Translations under genes and position numbers: made by a program | In this document: piece after piece, positions 1-7,929 of the stretch | Numbering within the stretch: position 1 is the first letter of the stretch | Layout: each line of letters begins with the position of its first letter | Notes under the pieces: model-generated | Databases searched by the model: none | The model's input: only the letters and a program-made list of their open reading frames with translations | What the model was told of the DNA's origin: nothing | Assembly (NCBI GenBank): GCA_965661285.1 | Contig: CBFIDD010000003.1 | Location: 192,001-256,000, forward strand | Direction: 5' to 3' | From: Poseidonia sp. | GTDB taxonomy: Archaea > Thermoplasmatota > Poseidoniia > Poseidoniales > Poseidoniaceae | DNA: 64,000 bases

Positions 1-801
1 GTCTTCTCAGGCATTGTTGACCGCATCCACGAAATCTGGCACGATGATGAAGATGAGTTCCCCGTCTTCCCGTGGATCAAAAACGGAACGCCCTCGAAAA
101 TCGGTATCGAAACCTCGGGCCGGCAAGAGCTCTGGGGAAGCCTCGAAGAGGTGCTTGAAGTCGTCAACCACGTCGAAGGGACCGTCCCTGTGCTCAACAT
201 CGCACACATTCACGCCCGAGGTCACGGCCAGATGCGAACCTCCGAAGATTACGGTGAATTGTTCGATGTCGTCCGTGAAACCATCGGCACCAAGGAATTC
301 TACTGCCATTTCTCGGGCGTAGAGCACCGAACGGGCAACGCCATGCACTACACTCAGATCAAGAAGTCCGACCTGAACTTCGAGCCCCTCGCTGAATTCA
401 TCGTCGAAGACGGTGGTTGGCTTGACATCACCCTCATTTCCGATTCACCCTTGCTCGAGCACGATGCCATGTACATGATGCAAAACATCGAGAAATCCCG
501 CCACAAGCAACTCGAGCGCAAAGCCCGAGAGGACCGACGACGCGCCCTTGCGTTGCAAACCGGCAAGAGCGAAGAAGAACTCCGCTCAAAGGAATCCCAA
601 ATCTCCCAAGCCCGTAAAACGGCGGCTAAACCGGCCAAACCAGCCGAAGAAGCACCTGCCGAAGCAGCAAAGGAAAAAGCCCCAGCCAAAAAAGCCACCA
701 AGGCAAAGGCGACCAAGGCCAAAAAAGCGACTGCCAAGGCCGAAGAAAAAGACGAGAACGATGTCTTCGACTTTGACGAAGAAGACGACGATTTGTTCTG
801 A
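1..801 (+). CDS. nfo: Endonuclease IV-family (TIM-barrel AP endonuclease), 5'-truncated, with Lys/Ala-rich then acidic C-terminal tail
   Basis: Frame 1 is open from base 1 (VFSGIVDRIHEIW...IGIETSGRQELWGSLEEV). Motifs HIHAR, HFSGVEH and ISDSPLLEHDA are typical of archaeal EndoIV. Confidence 0.8.
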   Translation, partial: VFSGIVDRIHEIWHDDEDEFPVFPWIKNGTPSKIGIETSGRQELWGSLEEVLEVVNHVEGTVPVLNIAHIHARGHGQMRTSEDYGELFDVVRETIGTKEFYCHFSGVEHRTGNAMHYTQIKKSDLNFEPLAEFIVEDGGWLDITLISDSPLLEHDAMYMMQNIEKSRHKQLERKAREDRRRALALQTGKSEEELRSKESQISQARKTAAKPAKPAEEAPAEAAKEKAPAKKATKAKATKAKKATAKAEEKDENDVFDFDEEDDDLF

Positions 802-895
802 TGGAGGAGTGGCGTAAGCCCGCAAACCCGTGTTTTGCAGTCGAATGTTGCCCGAAACGGTATAAACCAAAGAAGGGGCGAAGTGGACGATTGTT

Positions 896-1894
896 ATGGC
901 GCACATCGCAGTGTTGGGTCTTGGAAATTGGGGTACTGCCATCGCCAGATTGTGGCTTTTGGAAGGTCATAAGGTCAAAGGGTGGACCATTGAACAAGAG
1001 GTCTACGAATCCATCACGATGAGCGAGGTGAACGAAAAATACCTGCCTCACCATTCCGTACCCGGTCTGGATGCCACCATGCGCATCGAAGAAGCCATTG
1101 AGGGGAGTGAAATCATCGTTCTCGCCGTGCCCTCGTCGGTCATTCTTGACGTTGTTGAGGACATGTTGCCTCACCTCCAACCCGGTCATGTCCTGCTCGA
1201 CCTGGCCAAGGGATTGGCACCCGGAAAGCGACTGATATCCCATGCTATTCACACGCGTCTCAAGGAAGAGGGGAAAACCAATTCACTGGCCGTGTTGACG
1301 GGTCCTACCATTGCGCCTGAAGCGGCTGGTGGCGTGATGACCACGGCGTTGGTTGCCAGCGAAGACCAAGCCATTGCGCAGCGTCTCGCCCAAACCTTGA
1401 GCACACCGAGCTTCATTCTCCATCCCGCCAGCGACCCCGTCGGGGCAGAGCTTTGGGGCGCTTTCAAGAACGTGGTGGCGCTTGCCTGTGGCTTGGTTGA
1501 CGGCCTGAAACAGATCGGCGACCTCGGAGGTGATAATCTGAAGGCCGCCATTTTCATGTCCGGTTTCAAGGAAGGGTGCCTCCTGCTGGCAGAATTGGGA
1601 GCAAAAGCAGAGGTGGCGTTCGGTCCAGCCGGACTTGGCGACATGTACGTCACCGCGACCTCGCCGCACGGACGAAACAGAACCATGGGGGAAAAACTCG
1701 GTACAGGGCTGTCCCTCGACGAGGCGCTGAATGAGATGCACATGGTGGCAGAGGGTGTTCGTGCGTGCCGCATGTTTGTCGCACGCGCAGAAGACGCTGG
1801 GCTTTCTATTCCCTTTACCAAGGCCCTGAACACACTCCTGAACGGCGATATCGATGCGGAAGAATGTTGTCGTCGAATGGTCGCACTCGGATGA
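896..1894 (+). CDS. gpsA: NAD(P)H-dependent sn-glycerol-3-phosphate dehydrogenase (bacterial type)
   Basis: GLGNWGTA Rossmann motif, AKGL, LTGPTIA, GAFKNVVALACG, GLGDMYVTATSPHGRNR, VAEGV. Confidence 0.92.
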   Translation: MAHIAVLGLGNWGTAIARLWLLEGHKVKGWTIEQEVYESITMSEVNEKYLPHHSVPGLDATMRIEEAIEGSEIIVLAVPSSVILDVVEDMLPHLQPGHVLLDLAKGLAPGKRLISHAIHTRLKEEGKTNSLAVLTGPTIAPEAAGGVMTTALVASEDQAIAQRLAQTLSTPSFILHPASDPVGAELWGAFKNVVALACGLVDGLKQIGDLGGDNLKAAIFMSGFKEGCLLLAELGAKAEVAFGPAGLGDMYVTATSPHGRNRTMGEKLGTGLSLDEALNEMHMVAEGVRACRMFVARAEDAGLSIPFTKALNTLLNGDIDAEECCRRMVALG

Positions 1895-1937
1895 GCGGTA
1901 TCGGTGACATTTTGAGTCGGGGCCCCGTGAGGGATTC

Positions 1938-2153
1938 ATGGCCGACGAATTGACGGAGTTTGAGGCAAAGTTGCTGAAGTGGCTTGTGAAAAGCGACTTT
2001 CACATCCAGCCATGGTCCAGCAAAGATGCTGCCAAGGCGTTCAAGGTCAAGGAAGACGAGATTTACGAAGCCGTCGCTGCTTTGTCGAAAAAAGCAGCCG
2101 ACCAAATTCAAATTTTCTACAAAGACGGAAACGTCCACATCGCTGCCGATTGA
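1938..2153 (+). CDS. Small hypothetical protein, possible winged-helix
   Basis: 71 aa; LTEFEAKLLKWL...SSKDAAKAFKVKEDEIYEAVAALSKK has an HTH-like pattern. Confidence 0.6.
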   Translation: MADELTEFEAKLLKWLVKSDFHIQPWSSKDAAKAFKVKEDEIYEAVAALSKKAADQIQIFYKDGNVHIAAD

Positions 2154-2154
2154 T

Positions 2155-3069
2155 TCACTCGCTTTCATCCAGCGGTGCGCGTTTCTTCATGGGCGTTGGA
2201 TGCAAGGCCGAGGAGATCGAAGCGGGCAGGAACAGAGACGACCACGAAGGGCGATCGACATCGCCCTCCTCGGTTACCTTTGAGCGCAGGACCATTGAGA
2301 CGAAATCGATGACCACGACGACGAGGAAGACCACGACCAAGAGGGCGACGACCTTGTCGTACTGTGCGAGTTTCAGGTAGGTGTTGAGATAGAGGCCGAT
2401 GCCTCCAGCCCCCACCAATCCGATCACCGTACCGTGTCGCACGTTGTATTCGAACATGAACAGCAAATGGCTCAACAGGTGGTTAGCAGATTCGGGGATG
2501 GCCACGAGCCAGGCCGTTTCTGTTCGAGTCATACCCATGGCCTTGGCCGCCTCAAGAGGAGCGTTCTTGATGCCCTCCATCGATTCGAACTGCAACTTTC
2601 CAAGGTAGCCAACCGTGTAGAATGACATGGCACAAATGCCTGCAAGCGTCCCCATGTCGAAAATGATCATGAACAGCACCGCCCAAATGATGGAAGGTAA
2701 ACTTCGCATGCCAGCCAGCAAAATACGAGCAGGGATGGCGATTTCAATGGGCGAAAGGTTGCTCGCCGCCATGACCGAGAGGGGAAGAGCGACGATGAAA
2801 CCGATGACCGTCGCCACGAAAGCGATTTTGATGGTCTCCACCATACCGATCCATGCGACCGAACATGTGAATTCCAAGCGGGCCTCACAAACAGGGTAGG
2901 ATTGGGCCTCAAGCACCGACCAATCTGGAGGCCACAGGCTTTCTCGGAAAAAGACGCCAAGGTTGCTCATGCCACCGCTGAGGCGCCCAAGATGGCCCAC
3001 GAGGTCAATGAAAACGACCGCTGTCAACGTCAAGATACCGAGAATGATGAGCAGGAGGCGCTTGTTCAA
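2155..3069 (-). CDS. ABC transporter permease, PhnE/PtxC-like
   Basis: Multiple TM helices; ETIKIAFVAT, RSLPSIIWA, GKLQFESME, EAA loop (LEAAKAMG), FEYNVRHGTVIGLVGAGGIG; 4-bp overlap with the ATPase gene. Confidence 0.9.
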   Translation of the reverse strand: MNKRLLLIILGILTLTAVVFIDLVGHLGRLSGGMSNLGVFFRESLWPPDWSVLEAQSYPVCEARLEFTCSVAWIGMVETIKIAFVATVIGFIVALPLSVMAASNLSPIEIAIPARILLAGMRSLPSIIWAVLFMIIFDMGTLAGICAMSFYTVGYLGKLQFESMEGIKNAPLEAAKAMGMTRTETAWLVAIPESANHLLSHLLFMFEYNVRHGTVIGLVGAGGIGLYLNTYLKLAQYDKVVALLVVVFLVVVVIDFVSMVLRSKVTEEGDVDRPSWSSLFLPASISSALHPTPMKKRAPLDESE

Positions 3070-3737
3070 GGAACCACCTCCTCGACCAGCCGTCCGTCTT
3101 CAATCCGCCACACACGGTTTGCGACCTGACGGGCGAGTTCTTCGTGATGCTCGACCATGATCATGGCTGAGTTTTGGGCCTCAATAGCGGAACGAACAGT
3201 GCGCATGACCACCTCGACGTTGTCATCGTCAAGCTCGCCCAGGAATTCGTCCGCCAGCACCAACTTTGGCCGCTGAGCCACCGTTTTCGCTGTAGCCACG
3301 CGACGCTGCTGCCCTCCCGAAAGGATACGCACGGGCTGGTCAGCAAGGTGGAGGATGCCCAAATCTTCCATTGCTCGGTCGGCGAAGCCATGTCGCTTCG
3401 CTGACAAGGGGAAGAAGGGCAGGTGCCATTTTGAAAGGCCCACTCGAACACCCATCTCGATGTTGTTTCGAACCGTGAGATTGCCCACAAGACCCAAACG
3501 TTGGGGGATGTAACCCAGCCCGCCGCGTGAAGGGACGGCGAGTTCCACATCACCTTCCAGTGGACGAACAAGGCCCGCAATGGTGCGCAGCAAGGTGGTT
3601 TTTCCGATACCTGATGGACCGAGAACAGCGATGACGTCGCCCGCAAACACTTCGATGTTGATGTCCTCGATGAGCGGTTGATCGTAGCCAACCGCTACAT
3701 CGTGCAGGTGAACCAAGATTTCCTTCACCACAATCAC
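3066..3737 (-). CDS. ABC transporter ATP-binding subunit (PhnC-like)
   Basis: Walker A GPSGIGKT, signature LSGGQQRR, Walker B VLADE, H-loop; overlaps both neighbours. Confidence 0.92.
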   Translation of the reverse strand: MIVVKEILVHLHDVAVGYDQPLIEDINIEVFAGDVIAVLGPSGIGKTTLLRTIAGLVRPLEGDVELAVPSRGGLGYIPQRLGLVGNLTVRNNIEMGVRVGLSKWHLPFFPLSAKRHGFADRAMEDLGILHLADQPVRILSGGQQRRVATAKTVAQRPKLVLADEFLGELDDDNVEVVMRTVRSAIEAQNSAMIMVEHHEELARQVANRVWRIEDGRLVEEVVP

Positions 3738-4780
3738 GCCTCTGAGTACTTGTCATCGAGATAAGTTTGGATGCCAGGGACGTGTTGAATCAGGCCACCG
3801 TACGAACCGAGATGGGTTTGGGCGTCCGTTTCGATGAGACCGGGGGTGTTGAGGATGTTCTCCAACATGGATTTCCCGTCATCGGTGGCGTTCAAATCAA
3901 GCAGCGCAGCGACGATGAGGTCTCGAGTTGCATCGTCCACAGTATTGGGCTGATACATCAACGGATGAGAGGGCGCCAGACCAAAAGCAGGGAGCGGCAC
4001 GTAGCGGTCGCGGTCAAGGCACCACGATGCTCGCTCTGCATCATCCTCGGCGCAATAGGAATCCACGGTTGAATCCTTGGCGAAGGCCACGGCGCCCTCA
4101 CCTTCGCTGAGACAGCGCAGGGCTCCGGAATAACCGTAGTACAAGGCGCCAGATTCAGGGATGGAAGCGTCCTCTGAAAAATGATTGAAGATGGTGTTTC
4201 TCAACGACTCAATGTCCTCTTCGTCGCCAACAACTTCGGCATAGCCTTGGCCGATAAAGTAGCCCATGGGAATGAGCATGCCGGCGGATTTGAGCCAGCC
4301 CGTGTGGCATGAGGCTTGACCGGCGAGCTCAGCAAACGGATCGGTGCTTTCGTCATCATCGAGGGCTGCTTGACCTGCTGCGCTGTCGTTGAGCACCCAT
4401 GCATGAGCGCTGTAGTGGGTGCGGCCGTCGCTCTTCATGTCGGCCGCCATGGCTTCCAAACCGTAGGATTGCCAACCCATCCAAGCGGCTCCACCGTCAA
4501 GGAACGCCATGTCGGCGCTTCCAAACCTGAGAGCTTCGAGGGCGAGATTGTCGGACGTGATGGGATAAAGTTCGATGTTCAGTCCAGTCACTTCGCTGAG
4601 GTGGTCTGCGAGTTTCTGCGGATTTTCATCAAAAGAGGCATAGTCGTCCTTGACCGAGAACGCAATGCGAAGGGTGTCGTCGTCCTCACCACCTCCGATA
4701 CAACCGCTCAAGCAAGCCGTCATCATGACCAAAACAACCAGACTGCAAGCGATTCTGTTGTTATTAATTCGCGCAAACAC
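3734..4780 (-). CDS. Transferrin-like (single-lobe) ABC substrate-binding lipoprotein of the PhnD/transferrin fold
   Basis: GTG start at 4780, 5 nt after SD GGAGGTGA; lipobox-like LSGC; transferrin motifs ADMAFLDGG, THYSAHAWV, SCHTGWLKSAGMLIP, YYGYSGALRCLSEGEGAVAFAKDSTV, APSHP. Confidence 0.85.
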   Translation of the reverse strand: MFARINNNRIACSLVVLVMMTACLSGCIGGGEDDDTLRIAFSVKDDYASFDENPQKLADHLSEVTGLNIELYPITSDNLALEALRFGSADMAFLDGGAAWMGWQSYGLEAMAADMKSDGRTHYSAHAWVLNDSAAGQAALDDDESTDPFAELAGQASCHTGWLKSAGMLIPMGYFIGQGYAEVVGDEEDIESLRNTIFNHFSEDASIPESGALYYGYSGALRCLSEGEGAVAFAKDSTVDSYCAEDDAERASWCLDRDRYVPLPAFGLAPSHPLMYQPNTVDDATRDLIVAALLDLNATDDGKSMLENILNTPGLIETDAQTHLGSYGGLIQHVPGIQTYLDDKYSEA

Positions 4781-4798
4781 AACAGTCACCTCCACCGG

Positions 4799-4814
4799 TT
4801 TAGGGCGCCCTAAA
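4799..4814. promoter_or_regulatory. Perfect palindromic operator TTTAGGGCGCCCTAAA (DtxR/SirR/MntR-like box 1)
   Basis: 16-bp perfect inverted repeat between the TATA box and the SD of the transferrin-like gene. Confidence 0.7.
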
Positions 4815-4824
4815 AACAAAATAC

Positions 4825-4830
4825 ATATAA
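4825..4830 (-). promoter_or_regulatory. Putative TATA box (TTATAT) of the ABC operon
   Basis: AT-rich island upstream of the GTG at 4780, between the two palindromes. Confidence 0.6.
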
Positions 4831-4851
4831 TTTTTAGGCTGACCTAAAAAT
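4830..4851. promoter_or_regulatory. Palindromic operator ATTTTTAGG-CTGA-CCTAAAAAT (DtxR/SirR/MntR-like box 2)
   Basis: 9-bp arms with 4-bp spacer; same TTTAGG-N4-CCTAAA core as box 1; centres are 34 bp apart. Confidence 0.7.
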
Positions 4852-4894
4852 ACGCAATCTTCCGCCACCGCGGCCGTTGGAGATCGGGCTGCGG

Positions 4895-4970
4895 TGGTAG
4901 TCCCTCCCGGATTCGAACCGAGGTCGGAGGAACCAGAATCCTCCATGATGGACCGCTACACTAAGGGACT
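4895..4970 (-). tRNA. tRNA-Gln(CTG)
   Basis: AGTCCCT...AGGGACT acceptor stem plus encoded CCA; anticodon arm GGAGGA-TTCTGGT-TCCTCC; GTTCGAATC T-loop; A1-U72 pair typical of archaeal tRNA-Gln. Confidence 0.95.
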
Positions 4971-5022
4971 GTGGTCGTGCGAAAGCCGTCGCCTTCTTCA
5001 ATTCAGCGGTCTGAAAAGCGAC

Positions 5023-5217
5023 CTAGACGGTGGCGAATCGAAACATCACTTTGGAGACCCAGGACAACATCATGATGATCATGAACGAAGCCAGAGCGTA
5101 CTTCGCCCACGGCCGAGCAGGTTTGGTCTCGGGCCACAAATCCACGCCCATGGCTTCGGCTTGGGCGACCAATTCGGCCAACTCGGCCAGGTGTTCCTCC
5201 ACCGAGTCGTGAGTCAT
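5023..5217 (-). CDS. Small membrane protein
   Basis: 64 aa; acidic helix followed by one C-terminal TM segment (YALASFMIIMMLSWV). Confidence 0.6.
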   Translation of the reverse strand: MTHDSVEEHLAELAELVAQAEAMGVDLWPETKPARPWAKYALASFMIIMMLSWVSKVMFRFATV

Positions 5218-5317
5218 GACTTACGGTCCATTCCCGCTTTATTTGAATCCGCCGCAATGCCGCGCCCCGTACATCGCCTTCACAAGGCTTTGAAAGGGCG
5301 ACGGTGAAGGCCGGAGT

Positions 5318-6826
5318 ATGAGTGAAGTCCCTGAGGGTTTGGACATGTCCGCTCGAACCCGAGGGGCGCCGCGCCCGACCGCGACCATGACACTGACTCG
5401 GGACGGGCCCGACGGTGTGGAGGTGCTCCTGGGGCTTCGAGCCAAAACCATGCGAGCCTTTCCCAACTACTGGGCGTTTCCCGGAGGCGGTGTTTCATCG
5501 GTTGACCGCGCCGCCGTCGAAGCCTTGCCTGCGCTTCACGGGCCTGAAGCGGAATCCATTGCGTGCATCCTTCGAGAAATGAGTGAAGAACTCGGTTTGG
5601 TTCCTACCGGCGAAGGCGTGGAGGCGATGGAGGACGCAGCACGTCGTGCGGTCATCGAGGACAAAAAGGCGTGGCTTCCCCTCGCCCTCAACGGCGCCTT
5701 TCCCGTTCAGCGGGCCCAAATTCGAACCCTTAGCCACCGAATCACACCACCCTTTGGCCCGGTGCAATTTGACAACGCCTTCCTCCATCTTCACCTCGGT
5801 GATTGGAGGGGCGTTCCTGAAATCGATTTGGAGCCTCAAACCGAATTTACCGAAGTCATGTGGGCCAAACCCCTCGATATTCTCGCTCGTTGGAAAAACC
5901 ACGAAATCAAGGTCGCTCCGCCGGTGGTCACCCTGCTGATGGAAATTGAGCGAACGCTGGACCGGTTCGAGCGAAACATGGACCAAGCCGCAGTGGACAT
6001 CGCAGAACGTCTGCCAGGCCGCCGCTCAATTCTCTTTGCTCATGGCGTGGAAGTTGTGCCCATCAAAACCGCCACACTTCCGCCTGCTGACCACACCAAT
6101 TGCTACCTCGTGGGCGACCCGGAAGGCGATTTTGTCTTGGTCGACCCCGCCGTTCGCATGCGAGAGGATATGGAAGCCCTCGCCACAGCGGTTGAACGCC
6201 ATCGTGGGACGCTCGTCGCCGTCGTGTTTACACACAGTCATTCCGACCACCTGGCGGATATGTCGCTGCTGAGAGAAGCGTTTGATGTTCCGCTGTGGGG
6301 AAGTGAATACACCGCCCGCTCCGTGCCCTGCGATCGTATTCTCATCGACGGCGAAGTGCTGAGGCTCGGCAGCCAATCATGGACGGTGCTCATCACGCCC
6401 GGCCACCATCCAGGGCACGTTTGTTTGTTCAGCGATGCTGGCCTGGTGGCAGGGGACATGGTTGCGGGCATCGGCACCATCCTCATCCCGCCCGGTACTG
6501 GCAACATGAACCACTACATTGAGCAACTCGAGCGACTCCGTGCGCTCAAACCGCACCTTGTTTTTCCCAGCCACGGCCCAGTGGTAGCCGTTCCCGACCG
6601 CTTGATCGAGCACTACATCACCCACCGGCTGGCGCGCCATCAGCGTGTGCTTGACGCCGTGCTGGGCGGTGCAAGCAGCCTTGATGATATCGCCGTTCAG
6701 GCCTACAGCGACACGCCTGACGCCCACCCCGGACTTGCAGTTGACCAGACGCTCTCACATCTTCTGGCCCACGAAGAAGACGGTAGGGTCAAACGCCATG
6801 AAGCGGGTTGGACCACGGAGGGATGA
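5318..6826 (+). CDS. NUDIX hydrolase fused to a LACTB2-like MBL-fold metallo-hydrolase with C-terminal winged helix
   Basis: WAFPGG...LREMSEELG Nudix box with insertion and ITPP..QFDNAF; THSHSDH, TPGHHPGH, AGD and PSHG MBL motifs. Confidence 0.85.
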   Translation: MSEVPEGLDMSARTRGAPRPTATMTLTRDGPDGVEVLLGLRAKTMRAFPNYWAFPGGGVSSVDRAAVEALPALHGPEAESIACILREMSEELGLVPTGEGVEAMEDAARRAVIEDKKAWLPLALNGAFPVQRAQIRTLSHRITPPFGPVQFDNAFLHLHLGDWRGVPEIDLEPQTEFTEVMWAKPLDILARWKNHEIKVAPPVVTLLMEIERTLDRFERNMDQAAVDIAERLPGRRSILFAHGVEVVPIKTATLPPADHTNCYLVGDPEGDFVLVDPAVRMREDMEALATAVERHRGTLVAVVFTHSHSDHLADMSLLREAFDVPLWGSEYTARSVPCDRILIDGEVLRLGSQSWTVLITPGHHPGHVCLFSDAGLVAGDMVAGIGTILIPPGTGNMNHYIEQLERLRALKPHLVFPSHGPVVAVPDRLIEHYITHRLARHQRVLDAVLGGASSLDDIAVQAYSDTPDAHPGLAVDQTLSHLLAHEEDGRVKRHEAGWTTEG

Positions 6827-7869
6827 TGATGGGCAAGCGCGTGGTCATCACCAAAGCCGGGGGCGTCAACGCCATCACCACTCAACCCATGAAACCGCCA
6901 ACACCGGGCAATGGGGAAGTGAGGATCAAAGTGGCTTACGCCGGCATCAATTTTGCCGATTTGCTCATGCGCATGGGGTTCTACCAACCCCGCCCTCCCT
7001 TCCCGTTCACCCCCGGTTACGAAGTGAGCGGCGTCATTGACGAACTCGGTGAAGGTGTTTCCGAGTTTGAGGTCGGCCAGCGCGTGGTGGCTGCCATGCG
7101 AAACGGAGGCCAAGCCAGTTTTGTGGTATCGTCGCTCGAGCGCGTCATTCCCCTTCCCGACGACATCTCACTCCAAGCAGCCGCCTCAACGCCGGTCACG
7201 TACATGACCGCCCATCACATGCTCCACCACCTCGGCCACCTGAGGCCCGAAGACAAGGTCCTCGTTCACGGTGGTGCAGGAGGCGTTGGCACAGCGGCCT
7301 TGCAGCTGTGCAAATGGGCAGGCGTCAAGCAGGTATGGGCCACCTCCTCAAAATCAAAACACCACATCATTGAGGCGTACGGCGCTCAACCCATTGACCG
7401 GCACAACCAAGATTTTGTTTCCATCATCAAAGGCGACACAGATGGAACTGGGGTCGACCATGTGCTCGACCCGATTGGCGGCGACAACTTGCGACGCAGC
7501 CTTTCTTGCCTTGCCGAGGGAGGACGCCTCTACACCTACGGCTTGTCAGCGGCTGCACCGTCAGGAAAACGCTCGCTGTTGAAGGCCTTCTTCGCTTTGC
7601 GAAAAACACCGAAATTCGACGCCCTCCGCCTGATGACGAGGAACCGTGCCGTGTTCGGTGTCCACATGGGTACATGGTCGAACGAAGCCGTGATGCAATC
7701 CCAACTTACTCGCATCGTTGAAGGCATTCAAACCGGTCACCTGGAACCCATCGTCGACCGTGTATTTGCCGCCGAACACGTGCGAGATGCCCACCAGTAC
7801 ATCCACGATGCCAAGAACATCGGAAAGGTCTTGCTCAAATTTGAAGACGTCGGCGAAGAGGATGCGTGA
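6823..7869 (+). CDS. NADPH:quinone oxidoreductase / VAT-1-like MDR family protein
   Basis: GINFADLLMRMG, PFTPGYEVSG, VLVHGGAGGVG, KNIGKVLL. Confidence 0.88.
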   Translation: MMMGKRVVITKAGGVNAITTQPMKPPTPGNGEVRIKVAYAGINFADLLMRMGFYQPRPPFPFTPGYEVSGVIDELGEGVSEFEVGQRVVAAMRNGGQASFVVSSLERVIPLPDDISLQAAASTPVTYMTAHHMLHHLGHLRPEDKVLVHGGAGGVGTAALQLCKWAGVKQVWATSSKSKHHIIEAYGAQPIDRHNQDFVSIIKGDTDGTGVDHVLDPIGGDNLRRSLSCLAEGGRLYTYGLSAAAPSGKRSLLKAFFALRKTPKFDALRLMTRNRAVFGVHMGTWSNEAVMQSQLTRIVEGIQTGHLEPIVDRVFAAEHVRDAHQYIHDAKNIGKVLLKFEDVGEEDA

Positions 7870-7929
7870 GTCAAACGGGTCTGAAACCTTCTTCACACCT
7901 CGCCCCTTGGAAACGACGAAGGTGAACGG

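Noticed and set aside
2155-4780. Plain phosphonate transporter (phnCDE) annotation
   Set aside because: The binding protein has transferrin Fe-ligand motifs, the promoter has DtxR-like boxes, and no phosphonate catabolic genes are adjacent. Gene symbols were withheld.
4781-4819. ORF-track N-terminal extension of the binding protein
   Set aside because: It runs through the SD and operator; the GTG at 4780 follows a perfect GGAGGTGA.
4894-5307. 137-aa plus-strand ORF
   Set aside because: It is antisense to tRNA-Gln and a small membrane gene; typical tRNA shadow ORF.
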